Assembly (NCBI GenBank): GCA_963827165.1
Contig: CAWGZR010000003.1
Coordinates: 246,532 to 310,531 of the forward strand
Origin: Candidatus Bathyarchaeota archaeon
Lineage (GTDB): Archaea; Thermoproteota; Bathyarchaeia; Bathyarchaeales; Bathycorpusculaceae
DNA length: 64,000 nucleotides
Reading direction: 5' to 3'
The notes under the pieces are model-generated. The model was not told where the DNA came from. It worked only from the letters and a program-made list of their open reading frames with translations, and did not search any database. The translations under genes and the position numbers were made by a program. Positions 33,834 through 44,432 of the stretch are shown here, in pieces (position 1 is the first letter of the stretch; each line of letters begins with the position of its first letter).

Positions 33834-34778
33834 ATGAGTGTAATCTTAGAAGCCCCAAAAGTTCGTAATCACTTAGCCGAAAAATGCCCTGAATGCACAA
33901 GCAATAATCTTGTCCATGACGGCGGCACTGGCGAAACCATCTGTGGTGACTGCGGTCTTGTTTTGTACGAGCAGATGTTAGATAAAGGCCCCGAATGGCG
34001 CGCGTTTACACAAGAAGAAAAAGCATCAAGAAGCCGCGTCGGCATGCCCACATCCTACTCCATTAATGATAAAGGATTATCCACAACCATAAGCCAAATT
34101 GACAGAGACGCTTTCGGAAGAAAACTACCCATGTCCACTAGGTTGCAGATGTGGCGTCTTAGGAAATGGCAAATACGCAGTCGAGTACACTCGTCCATCG
34201 ACCGAAATCTTTCCCAAGCCATGTCTGAATTGGAACGTTTATCCAGCAAAGTTTCTGTCCCACGATCGACTAAAGAAAAATCGGCTATTATTTACCGCAA
34301 AGCGTTAGACAAAGGTCTAATCAGAGGAAGATCAATTAATTCTATCATGGCAGCTTCATTGTACGCAGCTTGCCGCAACAACGGAGCATCCAGAAGTCTT
34401 CACGAAATCGCCGAAGCAAGCCTCGTCGATGAGAAAGATGTTGCAAGATGCTATAGACTCCTGCTAAAAGAACTTGATTTTCACATGCCGGTTGCTGATC
34501 CGCTGACATACGTCTCAAAAATTGCAGAGAAAAACGGAATCTCAGGTAAAACTCAGGGTGCAGCCATAACAATACTCGCGGATGCTAAACGGAAACGATT
34601 TTCGGCAGGCAAAGACCCAATGGGTATGGCTGCAGCGGCACTCTATATAGCTTGTCTTCAGAGTAATGAAAAGATAACACAAAAAGATATGGCGGATGCT
34701 GCGGGAGTCACAGAAGTTACCGTTAGAAATAGATACAAGCTCCTAAAAATGCAGTTAAATATTGAATTGCCAGATTAA
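33834..34778 (+). CDS. tfb: Transcription initiation factor IIB
   Basis: CPEC..CGDC zinc ribbon, GPEWRAF, RGRS, GKDP, VTEVTVRNRY. Confidence 0.95.
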   Translation: MSVILEAPKVRNHLAEKCPECTSNNLVHDGGTGETICGDCGLVLYEQMLDKGPEWRAFTQEEKASRSRVGMPTSYSINDKGLSTTISQIDRDAFGRKLPMSTRLQMWRLRKWQIRSRVHSSIDRNLSQAMSELERLSSKVSVPRSTKEKSAIIYRKALDKGLIRGRSINSIMAASLYAACRNNGASRSLHEIAEASLVDEKDVARCYRLLLKELDFHMPVADPLTYVSKIAEKNGISGKTQGAAITILADAKRKRFSAGKDPMGMAAAALYIACLQSNEKITQKDMADAAGVTEVTVRNRYKLLKMQLNIELPD

Positions 34779-35372
34779 GGAATTTGTTTTTAGCACTCTT
34801 AGTTTTGTGCGGTCTCCTTTGGTTCTCAGAGCTCTTTAGGGATTCTTTTTGCCCACAATCCATAAAAAACTGTATTCACCTTATTGCAAAGGAAAAGAAA
34901 CGGCATCGCTAAGCTTACAGCCGTTTTCTTTACCAGAAGGGAGATTATCAAGATGAGTAAGAAAGGAGAAACAGGCGAACAGGACAGGGGGAAACCTCAG
35001 CCTCGAAAAAAGAAAGAGCGGGAAGATTCCCGCAAGAAGAAGAAACTTGACCGAGCTGAAAGACAAAAATCAAGGTCAGTTAGATAGCTTAATTTTAGCC
35101 TGAAAAGAATTCGATTGATTTAGACCAAGAACCACCTGTCTTTTTCGATTTGTTCTTTGATAATCATAAATTTCTTGATTTGTTTAAATTTTTTCCAAAG
35201 GTTATCCGTCATCAGAGCAGTGTCACAAAAAAAGAATACAGACACAGATTGAACAAATTCTGCCAATGATGGGAAAACTGCCGATCAAATTCTGGAATTA
35301 AATTATCACAAAACCGATCGACATTCGGGGTACAACCCTAAATACCTTATAGTTGAAGGCTAACTTGTTTTA

Positions 35373-36479
35373 ATGGGGAAGCAATTGCAGAATCACGCCG
35401 CTAACACACCCGAGGCAGTTTTGGAAAAGGAGAAGAAGGCTCGAGAAGTCATAGAGGCATGCAGAACAGAGAACGGCTTCAACGCCAGTACTCAACTCTA
35501 TCATCAACTATGGTTAAGAGACCTAGTCTACTCGGAAGATGTGCTCCTTAGGCTTGGATTCTATAAAGATGTTGAAAATCACCTGACCGAATTCGTAAGG
35601 TTGCAGCGCAGCAGTGGACAAATGCCAACTGTAATTGATTTCAGTGTGAGCAAATTGATCCGCCAAAGGTATCAACGCTGCTCATCCGATGCAGAAATTT
35701 TGTTCGTTATAGGGATACAAAAGTACGCTGCCGTTGTAGGCAACAAGTTTTTGGTCGACAATAAGGAAGCTGTGAAAAGGTGCGTTACATTCCTCGAGAG
35801 CAAACTGGACGAGAACGGGCTTATTCCCGGAATGGATTGGAGGGATGCAATGCCTGTCTACATAGGCAAATGCCTTCTTGCAAACCAGATGCTTCTAGCC
35901 GACATGTACGAATTGCTCGGAAACACCTCAGCAGCGAACTCGATTAAAGGAAATGTGAACAAGCTCTTTTATTTAGGAGATTTGGGCTGGTATGCAGACG
36001 CCATTCACTTGGAGGGCGGCGAACTTAAGCAGGATCGCCATTTTGATAGCTTCGGAAATGCTTTAGCCGTACTTAATGAAACTGCTCCGGAAAAGACTTC
36101 GGAGGGCTTATTCAGGGGTTTTGATGTTGCAAAAACGCCCTTCGGATACAGAAACATAGTGCCATATTACGAATTCGATAGGGAAAAAGCGCTGGCAACA
36201 TGGTATAGAACGTGCCGGGTGCCGTTTGGTGTATTTCTCAGGAACAGGCCGAACAAATATCAGAACTCTGCGATCTGGCCGTTTGTCGAGGTTAGAGTGA
36301 TTGCCGCACTTAAAAAACTGCAGGCCTCAAGCGTAGCTCAAGCAGCAAGCAGTCGGGTGATTGAGCGTAAGGGCTTCAACGAGTTTTACGATCCATCAAC
36401 TGGGGCACCAGAGGGAAGTGATGGACAGCTTTGGACAGCAACCGCAACCCTTTCGGCAATTAAACATTATAGCTCTTGA
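35373..36479 (+). CDS. (alpha/alpha)6 glycoside hydrolase (amylo-alpha-1,6-glucosidase/invertase-like)
   Basis: WLRD, DWRD, YQNSAIWPF, FNEFYD...G...QLWTA. Confidence 0.7.
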   Translation: MGKQLQNHAANTPEAVLEKEKKAREVIEACRTENGFNASTQLYHQLWLRDLVYSEDVLLRLGFYKDVENHLTEFVRLQRSSGQMPTVIDFSVSKLIRQRYQRCSSDAEILFVIGIQKYAAVVGNKFLVDNKEAVKRCVTFLESKLDENGLIPGMDWRDAMPVYIGKCLLANQMLLADMYELLGNTSAANSIKGNVNKLFYLGDLGWYADAIHLEGGELKQDRHFDSFGNALAVLNETAPEKTSEGLFRGFDVAKTPFGYRNIVPYYEFDREKALATWYRTCRVPFGVFLRNRPNKYQNSAIWPFVEVRVIAALKKLQASSVAQAASSRVIERKGFNEFYDPSTGAPEGSDGQLWTATATLSAIKHYSS

Positions 36480-36535
36480 AAAACCAGCTCGTCAGGTAGT
36501 TTCTAAAGTATCTTCTAGACTTACTGATTTTATTG

Positions 36536-36844
36536 CTAATGTCTCAGAGTCTTATTCAGTGAAGAATCGGGTCGTTTGTGAACTTTGAGAACGACTGAAA
36601 CTATCGTGCTTTTAACACCTTTAATCTTCATGATTTTCTTTCGCAGAACATTACGGAACTCTTCCACGCTCTTGGCCGAAACAATAGAGACTATGTCATA
36701 TTCGCCTGCCACGTCATAAATCTCTTCGATGTTTTCGACTTTTGAGAGAGAATCTATGATTTGTGCCTTTTGAGATGGGTCGATAAAGAGGTTAACCGAA
36801 GCCTCGAATGAACCGTGATTAGTTGGGCAATAGTCGTTCTCCAT
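36536..36844 (-). CDS. Lrp/AsnC ligand-binding domain protein
   Basis: VAGEYDIV...IKGVKST. Confidence 0.85.
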   Translation of the reverse strand: MENDYCPTNHGSFEASVNLFIDPSQKAQIIDSLSKVENIEEIYDVAGEYDIVSIVSAKSVEEFRNVLRKKIMKIKGVKSTIVSVVLKVHKRPDSSLNKTLRH

Positions 36845-37089
36845 TCTGCATCATCAAACAGCTTACCGGTCGGGTAGCTTTTGAGCCTTCTTGCGAACTT
36901 AAATCCGCTAGTTTGTGAAGCGCAGTAAACAAGAGCGGAGCGGAAAGCCTGTCGCCGATTGAAGGGTATAAGCTAAGGCACCCAAGAGGTTATTTGTTGT
37001 GTTTTGGATACAGATGATAACTAAGTCCGGGCAGACTTTTATCTGTAAAGGCAAATTTTTGGAAGCTCTTTAGCAGATTGTTCACAAAA

Positions 37090-37473
37090 CTAGTTTAGAT
37101 TTGGCAAATCTATTTCGCTTGCCACCATTAGAACTCTTTCTGTCAAAAATCCCGTCAACGACTCGAGCCTATCTGAACCATCGCGTGCTTGCTTATGTTC
37201 AGCCACATGATTCTTTATAGCACAGTTCATAGCTTTCAAATCGGGCACCACCAAAATTTCGGATCCGCATATGCATCTAACAAGTGGCATTCTTTTTTTG
37301 TGAACAGCGGACTTGCTTTCGCTGTCTTGGCCAGAAGAAAAGCGAATTTCTTGGATACTTTTTCGTTTCATATTTATATCCATGTCCTTGGTCACTTTTT
37401 GGTGTGCAACGGAACAAGGGATTCCTATTTTCTCATGCATCGAATATAATACCTTGTTGTAGGCTCGACTCAA
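37090..37473 (-). CDS. Small hypothetical protein with CxC...H...H (start probably further in)
   Basis: MPLVRCICGSEILVVPDLKAM..AI.NH..EH metal-binding-like pattern. Confidence 0.5.
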   Translation of the reverse strand: MSRAYNKVLYSMHEKIGIPCSVAHQKVTKDMDINMKRKSIQEIRFSSGQDSESKSAVHKKRMPLVRCICGSEILVVPDLKAMNCAIKNHVAEHKQARDGSDRLESLTGFLTERVLMVASEIDLPNLN

Positions 37474-37607
37474 TCACAGAAACATTATGCCAATAAGTCT
37501 GCCATTAATCAACTAAAGATTAATTTTTCGTTTCCAAATACACGTTTTCCATGAATTAAGCGATTGAAAATGGCAAAAGCTTATAAAAATACAGTTAGTT
37601 TTATTCA

Positions 37608-37925
37608 GTGGAAAGACCACTAGTGAAACTGGAGAATGAGGTATTACGGATGAGGCGATCAAAACTGGAAATGAACATTGACATCCTCAACACGTTGGCT
37701 CACTCAGGTCCTTTGAAGATGACGCACATCATGCACAAAGCTAATGTTAACGGCAGCGTGCTCAAAGAATACCTGGACTTCCTAATCAAACAGGGACTAG
37801 TCGAAGAACGGACAATCAGGAAAAGTCGTGCGGTTTTTGCTGTCACGCAACGAGGAATTAATGTACTGAAACATTTCCGAGAACTTACTCACGTGGCATC
37901 CATCGTAGAAGAAGCCCAAAATTAG
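37608..37925 (+). CDS. Small archaeal winged-helix regulator
   Basis: MRRSKLE..IDIL...GPLK.THIM.KANVN; paralog of 38378-38668 and 60414-60779. Confidence 0.85.
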   Translation: MERPLVKLENEVLRMRRSKLEMNIDILNTLAHSGPLKMTHIMHKANVNGSVLKEYLDFLIKQGLVEERTIRKSRAVFAVTQRGINVLKHFRELTHVASIVEEAQN

Positions 37926-38377
37926 AAACCCTAATTTACTCCAGATCTCCTTATCTTTTTTAATTCTCGCTGGCTTGATTGACCTAAGAGGGGTTGCCAA
38001 TAGGGGGCGTTAGTTAAGGCTCGCGATCCAGTTAGTGACATTTTGTTTTTGGCCGATTCCGAAAACGGATGATAGTGAGATAAAATCTGGCAAAACTTTC
38101 CGAGTGGACCCTAGATTTTTGTGGGCGTGTAGAATTTCAAGGGGAAGGTTAGAGTTTGCGGAAATGCGTGAAGATGGCGAACCATCCAGCAGTTCCCTCT
38201 AAACCTACCCAATCAAGGATTCTAATTAGTTTTCTTAAACCTTATGTATCCAGAATTCATAAAAATGGCAGCGATGTCAACTTGCGCGGACAGAGGTCAA
38301 ACTGAAACAGTTCCCACTGTTTACGTCGAATAAATCGGTTATTGGGTTATTGATTAATCTACCAAGCGGTTTTATTT

Positions 38378-38668
38378 TCAATAAGGAGCCGGCAGGATTC
38401 TCTCGTCTTCTTCGATGGGAATCGCTTTGTTTAGCTCTCTAAAGAATTTGAGGACTTCTGTTCCGCGAGCGGTATTTGCGTAAACTACCTTGCCTTTTCC
38501 GACGATTCGTTCTTCAATTAATTCTTGCTTGAGCAGGAAGGACAAACATTGCTTCAGAACTTCACAGTTCACATTCGACTTGTACATAATATGCGTGACT
38601 TTAAGTGGTCCTCTTTGAGATAAAACCTTAAGAATATCAACGTACATTTCCAGTTTGGAACGCCTCAT
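38378..38668 (-). CDS. Small archaeal winged-helix regulator
   Basis: MRRSKLEMYVDIL...GPLKVTHIMYKSNVN. Confidence 0.85.
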   Translation of the reverse strand: MRRSKLEMYVDILKVLSQRGPLKVTHIMYKSNVNCEVLKQCLSFLLKQELIEERIVGKGKVVYANTARGTEVLKFFRELNKAIPIEEDERILPAPY

Positions 38669-39225
38669 ACTTAACCCGTTCTAAAGTGAACAAAAGCCTG
38701 CATTAAGCATTTGTGCGTTAGAAAAAACATAACATTTTGAAGCTATCGATAGTCAAGAGATAAGCCCTCTTTTGAAGACAGGTTATACAAGCTTTCGCTG
38801 TGTATTTTCGATTTAGATTGCACGTTCATAAGGGTTATACTCCAATAGATAAAATCTGTTTCTTAGGAAAAAGCAACTTGATGAAAAATAACTTGAAAAA
38901 TTCCGTAGAATTCGCAGAGCCTATTCAACTTCAGCTTCTTTGCGTAGATTGCGGACAATTCAAAGATTCTAAGTGCAAATTAGGCTACAAAACAAACCCC
39001 CGAAATCGAGCGTGCACTCAAGGGTCAAAGAGTTACCAAAAAAAGCGTGGAAAAAACTGATTTATGTTTTTCCGCTTACCGTTCTATCAGGGGTTTATAG
39101 TTGTCATTTCTTTCAGCGGTAATTTAGCATAATCTACAAGGTTTTGCGCCTTCGAGTGTCCCGAAATCTGTTGTTTGTTTCCATCATTGTTTCGTCTAGA
39201 GTCGGAATGAAAAAGCACCATTTTA

Positions 39226-41157
39226 CTATATTATCAGAAGCCAGCCGACAAAGATAACTAGCGATGTGACAAAGAGTGCAGCCCAAAGACGTTTGCTGTG
39301 GTCGAAGATGTCTTTCCCGCTCATGGGAGACACTGGGAGCGTGCCAAAGAACGAGCCGATCACACACATTGACAAGCCTGCATCCCCGATAGCCGCGTAA
39401 CCGCCCTTCAACAATACAAAGAATAAACCTGCAAAAGCAAGGCTGATGAGGATTTCAGATGCGGCAGTTACAGCACCCAAATGTTCCGTGAATTTTTTGG
39501 ACTGCACGCTTCGCGTCGGAGAAGAGAAAGGAACCCTAAAGGCGAAGGTAGTGAAGAGAAAAAGCACAAGACCTAAGGGCCAAATCGAGTGCTCACTCCA
39601 CACACCCTTGCTTCTAAGGTAAACTATAGAAGAGAACTTTTGTACAAATCCCACGAGCACACTGGTTATAAAGAAAATAGGAAGCAGAGCCCAAATCTGG
39701 CTGAGAGTTATAACTTTAACGTATGAGAACGAAATAGCGAGAACGATAATTGCAACCGAATACGCTAAGACTTCCGTTTTTGTGGGTTTAAAAAGGGAAC
39801 CTTTTTTCTCCATCGCGTCAATCTTGCGCCTGGAGGCAACTACCTCTTCAAGCCACTGTTTTATGTTGTCGGGAATCATTCCTTTTGTTTTTTCGCCTGC
39901 TTTTCCGCCTAAGTTGCCTAAGGGGTTGCTTATCGCGGCAAAAAGGAGGGAAACTGCAGTTACCACCGCTGCGGATACCCCGACAGCTACTACTGCGTTG
40001 GCTGGTTTAGGAACCCAAATTTGCTGTGCAAGGCTTGGCGAAGACGAAGGTGCCGTGCTTTGCGTGGGACTGGATGTTGGGCTATTGGCTGGGGTTGGCG
40101 TTGTTGATGAGGCGGGAGTTGTTGAAGTGGACGGAGAGGTTGTGGCTGATGTTGATGAGGTTGGAGTTGGCGAAGCTGATGTTCCGGCGGCGTCGGATAC
40201 AACGGAGACGGTGCCAGAGCCATAGTTGGCTACGAAAACCTCGCCTTTGCCCGAGTTGTAGTCGGCGCCGTATGGACTTGTTCCTACGGGTACTGTTGCG
40301 ATTACGTTGTTTGTGGTGTCGGATATGACTGAGACGGAGGCGGAGTCTCTGTTTAGAACGTATATTTCGCCTTTGCCGGAGTCATATATTGTGGCCGCTG
40401 GATTGGATCCGACTGTCGTTGTTGCGACGACATTGTTGGTCGTATCTGAGATGATTGAGACTGTTCCCGAAACAGAGTTGGCTACATACACTTCTCCTTG
40501 AACTGGATCGTAAGCCACGCCTAAGGGACCGCTCCCGACGCCGATCGTTGCGGTGACTTGGTTCGTGCTGTCTGATATTACCGAGACTGAGCGTGAGTAA
40601 GCGTTGGCTACAAATACTTCGCTTTTTGCCGAATCATAACCTAAATCGTACGGTCCGGTTCCGACTGTCACTGTTGCAACAACCTTGTTAGTGCTGTCCG
40701 ATATAACCGAAACAGTAGTTCCTGAGCCACCTCCTGAGTTGGCGACGAAAATTTCGCCTTTTCCCGCATCATATGTAAAGGATGAGGGCTCTGTTCCTAC
40801 AGTTACTGTTGCCACGACTTTGTTGGTGCTGTCCGATATAACTGAGACTGAGTTAGCGCCATAGTTGGCGACAAAGATTTCCCCTTTGCTGGAATCGTAA
40901 ATGTCTCTGTAAGGTGATTGCCCCACTGTTATTTTTGTGAGCGAGGCATAGTTGCTGCCGGATAGCACTGAGACGCTTCCCGCGGAGGAATCAACCACGA
41001 ATAACTCGTTTTTGGCTGAATCATAGGCTACACCCCAAGGTGCACCGCCAACCGTTATTGTGGAGGCTACTCCGATAGCGTGTACCGAGACGGCTAGTGA
41101 GCAAGCAAAAATCATTATGAATAATAAAACCAGAAGCCTGAAAACCTTTGCTCTCAT
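39226..41157 (-). CDS. Surface protein: YVTN/YncE beta-propeller, Ser/Thr/Pro linker, multi-TM C-terminus
   Basis: Signal peptide; about seven repeats of P..YD..KGE.FVAN..S..VSVISD.TN.V.AT..VG; hydrophobic C-terminal helices. Confidence 0.85.
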   Translation of the reverse strand: MRAKVFRLLVLLFIMIFACSLAVSVHAIGVASTITVGGAPWGVAYDSAKNELFVVDSSAGSVSVLSGSNYASLTKITVGQSPYRDIYDSSKGEIFVANYGANSVSVISDSTNKVVATVTVGTEPSSFTYDAGKGEIFVANSGGGSGTTVSVISDSTNKVVATVTVGTGPYDLGYDSAKSEVFVANAYSRSVSVISDSTNQVTATIGVGSGPLGVAYDPVQGEVYVANSVSGTVSIISDTTNNVVATTTVGSNPAATIYDSGKGEIYVLNRDSASVSVISDTTNNVIATVPVGTSPYGADYNSGKGEVFVANYGSGTVSVVSDAAGTSASPTPTSSTSATTSPSTSTTPASSTTPTPANSPTSSPTQSTAPSSSPSLAQQIWVPKPANAVVAVGVSAAVVTAVSLLFAAISNPLGNLGGKAGEKTKGMIPDNIKQWLEEVVASRRKIDAMEKKGSLFKPTKTEVLAYSVAIIVLAISFSYVKVITLSQIWALLPIFFITSVLVGFVQKFSSIVYLRSKGVWSEHSIWPLGLVLFLFTTFAFRVPFSSPTRSVQSKKFTEHLGAVTAASEILISLAFAGLFFVLLKGGYAAIGDAGLSMCVIGSFFGTLPVSPMSGKDIFDHSKRLWAALFVTSLVIFVGWLLII

Positions 41158-41294
41158 GTCTAAATCTCGCCCTTCCTCAAGAGTAATAATCTAGTTTTCA
41201 TTTAAAACTTGCGCTTGCCTGGTTTGACATGATTCATTTTGGCGGTCATAAGCTTATATATGAAAAGAACTGATGTGGATACGAGGAATTTAAA

Positions 41295-41510
41295 ATGGGA
41301 GAAGAGGCAAAACCAAAAAGCACTAAAAGTAACATGCACGCAATCATTTTAGGAATATTAGGACTTGTCCTTTTATTCGCGGGAATCTACGTAATAACTG
41401 TTCATGGTGCGCCACTGCGCGGCTCAGGATTTGGTACAATTGCAACACTACTCGGTTTAGTACTGCTTATCATCGGCGGCTTAAGGTTCTTTTATAAGAG
41501 CCATAAATGA
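41295..41510 (+). CDS. Small two-TM membrane protein
   Basis: Two hydrophobic helices; upstream TATA (CTTATATA) and GAGG; T-rich tract downstream. Confidence 0.65.
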   Translation: MGEEAKPKSTKSNMHAIILGILGLVLLFAGIYVITVHGAPLRGSGFGTIATLLGLVLLIIGGLRFFYKSHK

Positions 41511-42464
41511 GTCTTTTTTATAGACTCAACCATTTTTTTTACACATACAGCTTACATTACATTTTGTTTTAGCCCGCTCAGATTTGAGATATAATCAAAT
41601 CAACCTGGCAGGTGAATAAATCCCAGAGAGAAATTGGACTAAAAGAATACTTTCTGGTGAGAAGCTCTCCTTTCTCCTCAAAGAACATTGTTAATCTAAG
41701 ACTTAAAAGGCATATTTCAAAACTAGTATTATATCAAAATCGGCATGAGGACGTCCGAAAAGCCAAGACAAAAAAACAGTCAGTATCCTTCAAAGGGAAA
41801 CTCTGCTACAGGTGTTGCTGATGGCACTCCTTGAGAAGAAACGGGGCTTGGTGTTGTTGAGGGTGAAGTTGATGTCGATGCGATTTAGGGTGTATAAGGA
41901 ACAATTTTTTGGATTACTCATTTTTGAGTAATTTTCGGGGGATGCCCCTGCTTTTGGCGTTGCCAACTGGGCAGTTTCTATGGTTTAAATCGCCGTAGAA
42001 GACTAAAAAAAAGCTTTCGCCGAATTTTTTGTTTTAAAGTATTACTCAAATGCTTATAACATAGGGGGCATGCGACGCATGTCAGGGGCGTTTGGGTGAC
42101 GCTGTTTGCCCTTCGGCGACTGTAGCCTGCTTTGGATCAACGTTCTAAGAGGGGGGGTCACAGGCTTTGGAAGCGGAAAATTCTAGTAAAGCCTAACCGC
42201 AAATCAGCATCCATCCTTTCCCCGTTTTAGCACCTTGAGAAAGTAACATGCCTGCCTATCCGCGCCTGGAACATGCAGTCCAGAGTTCAAACAAGCAATC
42301 CCCACAGAACCAAATTTAAGAACAACGACATAAAACAAGAACTTTCATAAATAATGATACCGTAAACCCTGAAAAACTATGGAAAACGGCAAAAACAAGT
42401 TTGCCCAAAGCAAAGCCATCGATAGAAAACTTGGTAAGGCAATAAGCAAAATAATTGGCCCTAC

Positions 42465-42487
42465 TTCAAATCCCAGCGGCCCCACCA
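42465..42487 (+). mobile_element. att-like site: 3' end of tRNA-Pro (T-loop to CCA)
   Basis: TTCAAATCCCAGCGGCCCCACCA resembles the archaeal tRNA-Pro 3' end; no 5' half (GGGGCCG) upstream. Confidence 0.75.
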
Positions 42488-42596
42488 ACCCCGACTAGAG
42501 AAAGGCACTGTCTTTTTCTCTTTTCCAGCAATTTTTTGAATTTTTTGTGCCTGTATAGGTCAACCACAACCCGTCAACTTAGCGGAGCATAGTATT

Positions 42597-43514
42597 TTGG
42601 CTGGAACATCTGAAGACAAGTCATCGATGGCAGGTAACACCTGTGATAACAGTTACCATCCAAGCTCGGGTTTTAGTGTGGAAGAGCGTGTGCTAAAGTT
42701 AATTGATGAGAGCGAAATTGAGCTTGCGCCATGCGAGATTGCCAAGAAAACCCATGCTAAGAGGTCCTCTGTTAGAGTTATTTTGCGGAAATTACTTGAT
42801 CGAGGCCTGATTTTGCAGCCTTATCCTGGAGCATATTGCAACAAAATCACCTACGGGATGCGGTTCGTTCCGTTGTGCGTGCACAATGTTAGTTTGCGGT
42901 TTTTTGCTGGCACGGTTTCTCATTGGGAGAAGGATGAGTTTGTGGGCGGGGTGAAGATTCATGTTTGTTTTGGTCAGGAGCGGCGCAAGATTAGCGGTTA
43001 TATTGCCTGTGACATTTGCGGTATGAGTCATGATGCTTGCCTTCTGGCGTTGAATCGGTGGTTCGATATCGTTGAGGGCAAGTTGGGGCGGTCGGTTGTG
43101 GATTTGGAGCTGCTAACGTTTGAGTGCAATAAGGACTATTATGGCGTGCGAATCGACGGAGTTCAATGTGTCACCAAGAAGGACCTGTACGGCATGGTCG
43201 AACGTGTTTATCAAAAGGAAGAAAATCTTGTTCGCAAGGAATGGAAGGTATCACAGCCGATGAGTGTTAACGCTTTTGAAGCAGTCATAAAGAAAGGCAT
43301 TGGCGAGCATGACCGGGTGCAGGCATCTTTTGAGTTGAAGGAAGAGGTTAAACGTGTTTCGGAAGCGGTAAAGTTTGCTAACAGCCGGTTGTATGAATTG
43401 GAGAAGCTAAATACGGCAATGTTTAGCGCACTTACAAAGCTGGTAGATTTTGCAGCCAGCAATCAAGAGACGCCTAAAGGTTCTGAGAAGGGAGGCGCCA
43501 ACTATGTCTCTTAA
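42597..43514 (+). CDS. wHTH + putative replication initiator (Rep_trans-like motifs) + coiled coil
   Basis: N-terminal HTH; E.NKD, R.YQK, R.E spacing reminiscent of Rep_trans; paralog at 52791. Confidence 0.5.
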   Translation: MAGTSEDKSSMAGNTCDNSYHPSSGFSVEERVLKLIDESEIELAPCEIAKKTHAKRSSVRVILRKLLDRGLILQPYPGAYCNKITYGMRFVPLCVHNVSLRFFAGTVSHWEKDEFVGGVKIHVCFGQERRKISGYIACDICGMSHDACLLALNRWFDIVEGKLGRSVVDLELLTFECNKDYYGVRIDGVQCVTKKDLYGMVERVYQKEENLVRKEWKVSQPMSVNAFEAVIKKGIGEHDRVQASFELKEEVKRVSEAVKFANSRLYELEKLNTAMFSALTKLVDFAASNQETPKGSEKGGANYVS

Positions 43515-43677
43515 ACTGAACGTAGTTAGAGCTTCAGAGCTTCAAAGAACCATTCTTGCTCTGATAAGGACAGCTAATGTTGTAAACGTAAAAACAAAGT
43601 TAAATCGTTCAAAGGAGATCTTTTCTGGAATGAAAACCAGATGAAGAAAATCTTTAGCTTTGGGGCACTATGCAGTG

Positions 43678-43763
43678 CATATGCTCATATACCTCGAGCA
43701 GACAAAGCATGCAGAGCAGTTAGGATGAACGTCCTTGGTCGCGCAGAAGTTATTCCTGTTTAA
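43678..43763 (+). pseudogene. Remnant of a DUF433-like antitoxin C-terminus
   Basis: AYAHIPRAD.KAC...LGRAEVIPV* fragments directly before a DUF5615 PIN gene. Confidence 0.35.
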
Positions 43764-43781
43764 GCAGAGGAAGCAGTGCCT

Positions 43782-44137
43782 TTGGCGAAAATACTCGTCG
43801 ACCAAAATACACCAAAACGCGCTATGGACTGGCTCAACCAGAAAGGCTTTGAAATAGTTACCTTAGCAGATACCAACCTCAGAGGCGCAACTGACAAAAA
43901 AATAGCGGCATTCGCTATCAAAACAAAATGGCAGTCCTGACACAAGACGTCGACTTTGCCAAGATGTATCACACCCTTTACAGACGCAAGCTTGCGGTTA
44001 TACTCGTCAATACTAAAGAGGGAACAACCCAAAGCATCATTCAAGCCCTTGATAAAGCCCAATCAAGACTAAACCTAAAAAACGTTCAAAACCAACTTGT
44101 AATTATCACTGAAAGGAGAATTCGCATAGTTTCATAA
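43782..44137 (+). CDS. DUF5615-type PIN-like toxin; frameshift at ~43921
   Basis: MAKILVDQNTP...GATD..I joined to MAVLTQDVDF. Confidence 0.75.
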
Positions 44138-44140
44138 TCT

Positions 44141-44358
44141 GTCGGATTCCGTTGTAACTTGGACGTTGCCTCTTACCGCAAGGGTAATTCCCGAAGGAAC
44201 TCTGGAGACCCCGCGACCCGCTCTATTGTATAATGAGTACCTACTCATCACATCGCACATTAAGATCATAGAGAAAGAAAGAGACAGACAGAGACCGGAG
44301 GGGGTCTACCGCTGAGCTGATAGTAACAAGTAATAGGAGCACGCTGACAAAGGCATGC
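44141..44358. repeat. Structured non-coding repeat, copy 1 (longest)
   Basis: 44149-44285 matches 46715-46851 at 136/137 nt; hairpins TTACC-GCAAG-GGTAA, TTCC-CGAA-GGAA, ATGAGTA-CC-TACTCAT; ends in ACAAAGGCATGC. Confidence 0.9.
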
Positions 44359-44432
44359 TGTTTGTTTTTAAAACTTTAATATACACAATGCACTTAATAT
44401 CAGATGCAATGAGTATACAAAAGTGACGTAGA

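Noticed and set aside
34953-35087. Short highly basic ORF (MSKKGETGEQ...)
   Set aside because: Could be a real small protein, but nothing supports it beyond a weak RBS
42064-42487. Intron-containing or split tRNA-Pro (GGCGT-TTGGGTG-ACGCT as a GGG anticodon arm joined to the 3' fragment)
   Set aside because: No GGGGCCG 5' end, no D-loop consensus, wrong base at position 37 and no clear BHB motif; the repeat at 52278 favours an att site
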